DNA of 64,000 nucleotides, from positions 2,728,001 through 2,792,000 of the forward strand of contig NC_090340.1 in the NCBI RefSeq assembly GCF_035084215.1. The letters are read 5' to 3'. This stretch comes from Heptranchias perlo. Taxonomy: Eukaryota. A program made the position numbers and the translations under genes. How positions within the stretch are numbered: position 1 is the stretch's first letter; the number at the start of each line of letters is the position of its first letter. Positions 51,535 through 61,418 of this stretch are shown here, piece after piece. The notes beneath the pieces are model-generated. The model searched no databases. It saw nothing but the letters and a program-made list of their open reading frames with translations, and had not been told where the DNA came from.

Positions 51535-52140
51535 AGAACGATAGACTCATAGAAAATGTGCAGCACAGAAGGAGGCCATTCGGCCCATCGTGTCCGCACA
51601 GGCCGGAAATGAGCCACCCGGCTTAATCCCACTTTCCAGCACTTGGTCCGTAGCCTTGTAGGTCACTGCACTTCAGATGCACTTCCAGGTTCTTTTTAAA
51701 TGAGTTGAGGGTTTCTGCCTCTACTCTCAGGCAGTGAGGTCCAGACCCCTACCAACCTCTATGTTAAAAAATGTTTTCCACAGTTCCCCTCTAATCCTTG
51801 TACCAATCACTTTAACTCAATGCCCCCTGGTTATTAATCTCTCTGATAAAGGAAATAGGTCATTTCTATCCATTCTATCTAGGCCCCTCATAATTTTGTA
51901 CACCTCAATTAAATCACCCATCAGCCTTCTCTGTTCCTAAGAGAAAAACCTCACCTATCCAATCTTTCCTCATAGCTAACATTCTTCAGTCCTGGCAAAA
52001 TCCTCGTAAATCTCCTCTGTACCCTCTCCAGTGCAATGACATCAAGCTGTGTCCTAACCAGTGTTTTATACAGTTCCAGCATAACTTCCCTGCTCTTATA
52101 TTCTATGCCTTGGCTAATAAAGGAAAGTATTACATATGCC
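51535..52140 (-). mobile_element. CR1 3' fragment
   Basis: CATAGAA tail; similar to 53725-54110 and 16035-16347. Confidence 0.8.
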
Positions 52141-52159
52141 TACCACACCCCCCCCCCCG

Positions 52160-53090
52160 ACCCCACCCGCAGCATGAGTGAACCTCCCTGCGAGGACATT
52201 GGTCCCAGCTCCGTTGAGGTGCAACCCATCCAGCCTGTACAGGTCCCACCTCCCCCAGAAGCGGTCCCAATGCCCCAGGAATCTAAAGCCCACCCTCCTG
52301 CACCAGCTCTCCAGCCACACATTCATCTGCTGTATCCTCCTATTTCTATACTCACTACCACATGGCACCCGGAGTAATCCAGTGATTACTACCTTTGAGG
52401 TCTTACTTCTTACCGTCTTTCCTATCTCCTTAAAATCTTCCTGCATGACCTCATCCCCCTTTCTACCTATGTCGTTGGTACCGAATTGGATCGCGACCTC
52501 TGGTTGTTCACACTGCCCATCCAGAATGTTCTGCAGCCGCTCAGTGACATCCTTGACCCTAGCACCAGGGAAGCAAAATACTATCCTGGAATCATGTCTG
52601 CGGCCGCAGAAACGACTGTCTGCTCCCCTAACTATAGAATCCACTATCACTATTGCTCTCCTGACCTTTCTACCCACCCGCCCCCCCCCCCCCCCCCCCC
52701 CCACACACATACTTTACAGCTGGGCCGCCCTTGGTGTTGTGGACTTGGCTCTGTCTGTATTCCGTAGAGGAATCCTCTCCCTCACCGTTATTCAGAACTA
52801 CTTGCCTGGTCCTTGTCTGTCTGGCGGTCACCTAATCCCTCTCTGACTCCACTCTCTTAAGCTGTGGGTGACCACCTCCTGAAACGTGCTATCCACGTAG
52901 CTCTCAGCCTCACGGATGCACAGTAGTGATGGCAGCCACTGCTCAAGCTCCGAAACTCGGAGCTCGAGATCCTCCAGTTGACGACACTTCCTGCACATGT
53001 GGCCATTCAGGACATGGGAAGCGTCCTGGAGTTCCCACAAGGCTCCGGATATGCATTCGACGGGTCTGAGCTGCCCTGCCATGCCGCGAC
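52160..53090 (-). mobile_element. CR1 ORF1 remnant (Cys-rich zinc finger / leucine zipper plus SGNH esterase)
   Basis: HMCRKC..LELRVSELE; IVIVDSIVR, FPGARV, GTNDIG, DGLHLN. Confidence 0.85.
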
Positions 53091-53239
53091 TTATTAGATT
53101 ACCATCGAAACTTAATAGAAATAAACTAAAGACTTAAAAGGAAATTCACCAGCAACCCACGAAGATACTAATATCTTGGCCTGACCTCCCGCCCACTTTA
53201 TCAGTTAAAACCTAATTAACCACCTATTTATCCTTTCCG

Positions 53240-53610
53240 CTTGGACCTTCGTCCCAGCCTGGTTCGGGTGCAGCCTACCCAACTGTACAGCTCCTTCCTG
53301 TGCCAATACCGGTGCCACTGTCATATGAAAAGGGACCCCTCTTTTCGTTACCAATCCTTCTGCCACGTGTTTATTTTTGTACAATTCATACTTGACTCAG
53401 GTAATCCTAAGATTATTACACTGGAGGTCCTGCTTTTCAATTTAGTTCCTAACTCCTGATATTCCCTTAGGATGACCTCCTCCTTATTCTTTCCTATGTT
53501 GTTGGTTCCGACGTGGAGGAGGACAACTGGACTCTCCCCATTCCTTTCCAGATTCTTTCCCAGCCGTTTCGCGATGTCCCTTATCCTGGCAACAGGTAGG
53601 CAACATTGTA
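53240..53610 (-). mobile_element. Second CR1 ORF1 esterase remnant
   Basis: Nucleotide similarity to 52230-52570 (HVGTN region). Confidence 0.65.
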
Positions 53611-53724
53611 GAACGAATGTAGAACAGATATCAGGAAAAACATCTTTACTGAAAGAATCAGTTAGGTTTGGAAAAACTTTCTATTCGGGCTGAAATTTTC
53701 TGGGATGCTTGCCTGGATCGGAAA

Positions 53725-54110
53725 TCACATAGATTCATAGAAAATTTACTGCACAGAAGGAGGCCATTCGGCCCATCATGTCCGCGCCGGCTGAAAATGA
53801 TCCACCCAGCCTAATCCCACTATCCAGCACTTGGTCAGTAGCCTTATAGGTGACGGCTCTTCAGGTGCACATCTAGATACTTTTTTTAAATGAATTGAGG
53901 GTTTCTGCCTCTACCATCCTTTCAGGCAGTGAGTTCCAGACACCCACCACCCTCTGGGTGATTTTTTTCCTCAGTTCCTTTCTAATCCTTCCACCAATCA
54001 CTTTAAATCTATGCCCCCTGGTTATTGACCTCTCTGCTGAGAGAAATAGGTCATTCCTACCCACTCTATCTAGGCTCCTCAGAATTTTATACCCTCAATT
54101 AAATCACCCC
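53725..54110 (-). mobile_element. CR1 3' fragment
   Basis: TRGHRFKVIG..QRVVGVWNSLPE; CATAGA tail. Confidence 0.85.
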
Positions 54111-56011
54111 ATGCACCCACATGCAGCAGACTATATTGGAAAACTAGTTATTGCACATCACATTTCGTTCCATTGATTTCAATCGATGGGAAATGGCAGA
54201 CAAATAATCCACAATTTTCCGATAAGCTTCTCCGTTCTTGCTCGGTTTCCCGGCCTGTGAGGCCAAGCAGCAAATTCTGCCTATGGCGTGGGAGGCAAAG
54301 GCGTTGGGGTTGTTTCAAATTCAGTTCGATGCCATGATGGGAGAATGCGGCGACTGAACGGAATGCTGATTTCTCGCAACTTGTTTCCTCGTGTTCTTAA
54401 CACTGCAGCAAATTTACCCACTGCACAATAAAAAAAAAATCGTGTCTGTGTTCTGGGCGCACGCGGGAAGCACAAATCGCTAAACTAACACTGTCAGTCC
54501 TTGGCTTGCTGCCGTTTTCGTCAAGTCGTTCTCGATATGCAGGCATCGCTGCCAAGTCTGGCATTTATTGCCTTTCCCTGGTTTCCATGAGAAGGTGGTG
54601 GTGGGCTTGCTTCTGAGGGCAGTTAGAGTCAACTACACTGGTGTGGGACTGGAGTCATATATTGGTCAGGCCAGGTGAGGACGGAAGGTTTCGTTCCCTA
54701 AAGGACATTAGTGGACTAGTTCTGAACAATACAATTATGATGATGATGAAATTAGCCAGTATTACAGCATTAATCAATTTTCAGCCTCAACCAGTCCAAC
54801 AAAATGCTTGAGTTAGGAATCCTTAAAGTTGCATGACCCCACAACGTTCTGAAAATTAACAGCGCTCATCAAAATAGTAAGCTCTTGTAAAAGGGACTTT
54901 TAATTCATCTAACGTGTGCAATTGAAACAAAGTTTACACATTTAAAGCAAGGGATTTAAGACAATCCAACAGGTTCATGCTCACTCTTACTAATACCATC
55001 TTTTATATACAGATTTATGAAAACTGAATTCAAAATCTCAAACTGCCACGGTAGGATTTAAATTCGCATTTTTCGGGTTTCGATGGACACAAAATCATGG
55101 ACTGCGTTTGTACGATTGCGCAACATGCTGTCCGCTGTGTTCAGGATGCAACAGCAGATTTTTTTTCCATTCACTACAGCTGATGATAACCTTTGAGCAA
55201 TATATTGTTTTACAATCTACAGGTGACAGCTCAAAGTCGGCTGCCTTTGACTTATTGACAAAGATATGAACAAATCTAATGTTTCGAATTGTGTTTGTTG
55301 CATAATTACTGGTATCACTCTGCACTATTTTTGTATGAATCTTTACAGCGAAAGAATAACGCGGGCAAAAACATTTCAATGCTAGTTTTACGTTCGGACA
55401 CTTATCTATATATTTACATTAGAAATATATTAGGATGGATTCTGGAAACATACCGGCTGTTCGCGATGGTCTGATCTTTCGCCAACATTCTGCGCTCCTG
55501 GTAATGAATGAAGTTCAAGACTTTAAAATGAAGCGTTACATTAGCTTTAAAGACACTTGATATCACATTTTAAGGAATTGCTTGGATGCTGACCTATGTT
55601 TGACAACAGGGACGGCATTTATCAGGTACCTGCGATGCCTTGCAGCAGCGGCAGGATGATTGGAAAATTGCGGGGTAACTGCCCACAATTCTATGTCCAT
55701 TGTCCTGAATGGACGGAAAATCCCAGGCGATGAAATGTGATGTTCCAATGAGTGCTAGTCTCAGCCGATGGCTTGGGGCGGGGGTGGGCTCTTAGGAAAT
55801 TCCGCTCCACTTTGCATAGCGTCTTAGAAATCGAAATGTACCTCTACACCAGTAGTAAAGCAAATCATATTCGAAGCGTTAATTATTTCAATTTGTATAA
55901 ATGAAAAATGCTGTGGTGAATGTGAAGGGTCCCTTATAGTTTTCAACCTAAGGTAAATCGATAATCACCAATCATTCCAGTTTCTCCAAGAGCACTTTGA
56001 CCTTTCACTTA

Positions 56012-57100
56012 CAATCATGGGAATCAGGGGGAAAACTCTCCAGTGGCTGCAGTCATACCCAGCAAAAAGAAAGATGGCAGTGGTTGTTGGAGGCCAATTG
56101 TCTCAGCCACAAGACATTGCTGCAGGAGCTCCTCAGGGCAGTGTCCGAGGCCCAATCGTCCTCAGCTGCTTCATCAATACCTTCCCTCCATCATAAGGTC
56201 AGAAATGGGGATGTTCGCTGATGATTGCACAGTGTTCAGTTGCATTCGCAACCCCTCAGATAATGAAGCAGTCCGTGCCCGCATGCAGCAAGACCTGGAC
56301 AACATCCAGGCTTGGGCTGATAAGTGGCAAGTAACATTCGCGCCAGACAAGGGCCAGGCAATGACTAACTCCAACAAGAGAGAGTCTAACTACCTCCACT
56401 TGACATTCAACGGCATGACCCTCACCGAATCCATCACCATTAACATTCTGGGGGTCGACCAGAGAATTAACTTGTCCAGCCACACAAATGCTGTAGCTAC
56501 AAGAGCAGGTCGGAGGCTGGATATTCTGCGGCGATTAACTCACCTCCTTACTGCCCAAAGCTTTTCCACCATCTCAAGGCACAAGTCAGGAGTGTGATGG
56601 AATACTCTCCACTTGCCTGGATGAGTGCAGCTCCAACAACATTCAAGAAGCTCGACACCATCCAGGACAAAGCAGCCTACTTGATTGGCAGCCCGTCTAC
56701 CACCCTAAACATTCACTCCCTTCACCACCGATGCACCGTAGCTGCAGTGTGTACCATCTGTAGGATGCACTGCAGCAACTCGCCAAGGCTTTTTCGACAG
56801 CACCTCCCAAACCCATGACCTCTACCACCTAGAAGGACAAGGGCAGCAGGCACATGGGAACAACACCACCTGCACGTTCCCCTCCAAGTCACACACCATC
56901 ACGACTTGGAAATATATCGCCGTTCCTTCATCGTCAGGGTCAAAATCCTGGAACTCCCTTCCTAACAGCACTGTGGGAGAACCTTCACCAGCGGTTCAAG
57001 AAAGCAACTCACCACCACCTTCTCAAGGGCAATTAGGGATGGGCAATAAATACCGGCCTTGTCACCGACGCCCACATCCCAAAAAGGAATAAGAAAAAAA
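56012..57100 (+). mobile_element. Second LINE family 3' fragment
   Basis: MFADD, MEYSPLAWM; same 3' tail. Confidence 0.9.
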
Positions 57101-58273
57101 TCTTCCTACCTGTCGCTGTCAAAGTCATCACTGCCCTCCCGAACTTCTGCTCCACAGCCTTCCAGGCTGCAACCAGGGACATCCCCGATGTCTCTCAGTC
57201 GTCTGCGCAGAAGAGCCCTGCAAATACACCGACACCCACTCTGCAGTGACACACTGGGTGGAATCAGTGGTGGGTCCTCATAGGGATACCCAGGAGCGGG
57301 CATTATTCCACAAACCGGACAGGATTCGCGAAGACATGGCAGTATTGGTGCCAATATAATGTGTGATGTGAGTTGTTCTTTAAGTCAATAGATGTAAGAA
57401 CCATGACAAACCCTCGAACACCCTTGTGCATCCCCTTCATGCTCACGACACGTTTGTCTTACGCTGCCGACTGCACATATGTGATGCATGCCCTGTGGCT
57501 GCAGCACAGGTGGTGGCAGGTTGAGTGAGGCTCGCCATGAGAGAGATGCACGAGAGGGTGAGTATGGGATAGAGCCATGAGATTGTATGAGGATTGGGTT
57601 GCGTGGTCGTGGCGGGGTGAGTACTCGCGAGGTGAGTAGGTGCAGGTAAGATGAGGATGAGGTTTGAGTGGGTATGAGGGGTGATGTGACAGAGTAGTGT
57701 TGGCAGTGCTGAAGGAGATGTGGGATGGGGGCAGTGTTGTGGCAGACGGAGTGTAGGGGAATGAGTAAGTGTTCTCATTGTGGCTGACCTCCTGAGGTCA
57801 TTGGAGCGCCTCCTGCACTCTGTGCAGGTGGGCGATATGTTGGTGGTGCTGGTGACCTCCTCTGCCACCTCGAGCCAGGCCTTCTTGGTGGCAGAGGCAG
57901 GCCGCTTCCTCCCGCCCGTCGGGTGGAAGATCTCTGTCCTCCCCCTCCTCCTCACCACATCTAATGGTACCTGGGGTGAGGCATCATTAAACTGGGAACA
58001 GCCTTCCCCCTGGGCTGCTCCATGCTGTAATTTTTGCTGTTTTTGGCAGCATCTGTCAGTGGAGGACTGCCTCTTGAAAAAGAGCGCCTCCAGCTGACAG
58101 ATCTTACTGCGCATGCGCAGCCCGCCCGACGCGCAGTTCAGCATCGGGGAACCCGGAGGAGCAGGTAAGTGGTTCCAATTCCTGTGTTGCCTGCTACGAT
58201 CGCGCGGGAAACCCTATAAACGCGCCCGCTGGCCCACCCGCCCAGCACCCGCACCCCTGGTAAAATCGGGCCC
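57100..58273 (-). mobile_element. Truncated Harbinger (one TIR and Myb exon)
   Basis: TIR TAAAATCGGGCCC ending at 58273; ATKKAWLEVAEEVTS..CRRRSNDLRRS. Confidence 0.85.
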
Positions 58274-58313
58274 ACGGTTCTATTTGCAGGATAACTGAGA
58301 TCTGCTATCTTAC

Positions 58314-60073
58314 CTATAGGGGAGGTGACAATGTAAGTGGCCGTGGCTGGAATTTGGAATACACCGTGAGACACCAGGCAGGTATAAACAGTCCCGGTTC
58401 GAACTGGCGGCGAATCATCCAAACGGCTCGAAGCTTCATATAGTCCATCGGTGTTGAGTTGTATAACGTTACTTATCTCTGTTTTAGTTTTGGTCCCATC
58501 TTTATACCAAGTAAAGATGATATTCTCCGGGTAAAACGGAGATGTCGTGCACAAAATAGTCAGAGACGCAGATGAATCCTTTTCATGTTCCTGAGAGGTA
58601 ATTTTCAGTGGAGTTGGCGGAACTAGAAAAATTGAGGAAAGCAACGTTACTCGGGCATTAGTCAAGGTCATCAACAGTCGCTTTGTTTCGTCCTAATCCG
58701 GACAGCACGATGAGGGGAGCTATTCACTCTGCGCTGTCGGTAGCGACATCGTAAACGGCATCTTCGTAAATGTATTTATTTCGGAGTAATTTTAACTTTT
58801 ATCGCCGGGCGATAAACGGGTGACGGCTGATGGAAAGAAAATCGAGCGGGATGTAAATCGGGCGGCCGATTCACTATCGCCTGTTTTGCGGTACCGCTGC
58901 CGACCAATTCCACCCCTTTAAGTATAGCAACTGATGATAAAGTACAATTTTCCCAAACGCGAGGGACTTTGACACACAGTTTCTGGATAATATTTTATTT
59001 ACTGGCGGCTCAAAAGATAATGAAAATATGGGGTGCGTGGCACAAGTTACAGAGTGCGGACTTTAACTGCTGGTCACACCCGGCATATAGACCTGTAAAT
59101 TATAAATGTGCGAATCGGAATTCCAATAGAAACGGCCAGCCCTCCAGAACCTATACAGACAAAATAAACCATCAAACAGGACCAGATTTTGCTTAGTTTG
59201 GCAGATCCGCGTTAGTATCCAATGCTATCGAGATATACATATCCTTGACAGATACTGCAATTTTAACTTCACATGTTTATTGTATACACGCTATCGTTGT
59301 ATTTTTGAGTAAAATTACTAACAGATAATGTTCTTGTTGATTAATATTGCTGAAATATTATAATATCCATTAGCATGTAACGTGTAGCAGCCTACGATGC
59401 AATTTGACTTTATACATACAAAACGATTGGAATTTAAGTTGCAATGTGAATCCTTCAAAGCACAACCGAGAAATGATTCAAATATTACAGTCACAGAGAT
59501 CGCATTCGTCGTTATTTTCATACTTACCCCAGACAGTTAAGTGGGATCCCGTTCCGTTTCCAGCTATTCTCCCTTGATGGGCGAAGTGCAATTATACAAT
59601 CCCGAGTCCTTTACAGTCACATTGATTAGACGAAGGAAGCCGCTGAATTTAGTTTTGAAGCCAGTTACTTGTCTGTCATCAGGTCCTGTGCTGAGTTATT
59701 TATTATCACCCTGTTTCCACCAGTGTACGTTCACACGTGGGCCGTCTTGAAAGAAGGGAATCGAGCAATGAAAGTAGACGCTTGTACCTAAGATTGCGCT
59801 CGCGCTTCCAGGGAGTTGAGTCACTTTGACCGAAGTATCGCCGGAGCCTATCGGAAAAGAAAATCAAAAACGAATTAGTGAGATTGTGTTACAGGAGAAA
59901 AGCGCGAGGGTAAGGGAATCAGGCAAAGAGTCTAAGTGACAGTGGTACATTTTATGTGAAATTAAAGTATTTACTTGCGCGTTTTATCTATAACGCGGGT
60001 TATAGAAACCACAGGTACCTATGGAAATTATTCCCAGAATAGAGATGCACTGAAGTACAACGCTCGCCAACAT
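58314..60073 (-). pseudogene. Gene C: pseudogene paralog of gene A (leader 60019-60073, V 59528-59847, C1 58314-58622)
   Basis: Colinear high-identity copy of 689-2853; V exon has TAT->TAA at 59696-59698, YYC->YNC and a 1-bp deletion (320 vs 321 nt); C1 exon still open. Confidence 0.9.
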
Positions 60074-61039
60074 TTGGAGCCAATGAATCACTCGGAGCGA
60101 CAGACCGTGAACTGGCTGATGGTTTTTAAGAACACTGAGCGGCCGGAGTGTGAAAAACATCACAATGAAGCGTGACATCCTGTCTGTGGATTCAGAAAAT
60201 GTCTTTTTTGTCTATTTGGTGAGATTTGGTAAAACAATTGTATATTCGCCAGAAGAGGGTGCAGTTCGAAATTTCAAATTTGCACATATACCAGCTTGAC
60301 CCGCTTAACCTCGGGACCCTCTCACCTGAGGAAAATTGTGGTGAAAAGGTCATGCGGGAATTCGAGATTTCACTGCACTCCGCCTAGAATTTCCACGGGA
60401 GTTCTATGACGGGAGACCGGCGGAGTCCCCGGAAATGGGCGAGAATGGTAACCCTGGCCGTTTACACCGTTTGTTCAGTGTTTCCGCTGCTCCTCCGCCA
60501 AAGTTACGGCGGGTGATTATGAGAACCCGGCGAAAGTTTTCCCATTGGTTTCCTACATTATCTCGGATGAAACAGGAGAGTTGTTTAGGAAGGTGATATA
60601 AGAAATTTTGAAACACTTAAACCACTATTTTCCTGAAATTCGGTGGGAGATCATCTCCTGCTTTAGCTTCGGAGACTAGTGGAAACCACACAGAAAGGAC
60701 TTGAAGCGCAGCATGCAGCCATTTATGCCGTTTCATTGTGTTACTGTTTTGACTTGATGATTGGCAAAAGTTGCTAGGATGAGTAGGAGTAACTTTCCGA
60801 TTATTGGTCTGTGGTTCTGCTATCAAAACCTCGTCAGCAATAACGATTTTTTTCATATTTCATCTTTATTCTGAAGCGGCTTTGTTGTTATTCAATGACC
60901 CAAGACGATAAAGCTTTCTTGGAAGAAGCGGACTTGCTTGCTGCAGAATTTCAAGGCTTGCAGAAGTTTAAAATGGCAGGGGCACAGACATACAATAGAT
61001 TTGTGTAAAAGCCCAACGTTCAGCAGATAAATAGGGAAA

Positions 61040-61415
61040 GAAAAAAGAACTTGTATTTATATAGTGCCTTTCAAATCCTCCCTCCCGGCGTCATAAAGCG
61101 CTATACAGCCAACTAATTACTTTTGAAATGTAGTCACTGTTGTCTTGTAGGAAAAAAAGACAACCTATGCATCCACAGCAAGGTCAGACAAGCAGCAATG
61201 AGATAATGACCAGATAAAATGCTTTTACAGTGACATCACATCGTGATAAATATTGGCCAGGACACCGGGGAGAAAACCCTGCTCCTCTTCCAGTGGTGCG
61301 GTAGGATCTTTAACATCCACTTGAGAGGGAAGACGGTCCTCAGTTCAACATCTCATCCGAAAGATGGCACCTCCGATTGCGCAATGCTCCCTCAGTACTG
61401 CATTGAAGTGTCATC
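61040..61415 (-). mobile_element. DeuSINE interrupted or truncated by the CR1
   Basis: Reverse complement of the core: CATCTCATCCGAAAGATGGCACC. Confidence 0.75.
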
Positions 61416-61418
61416 TTA

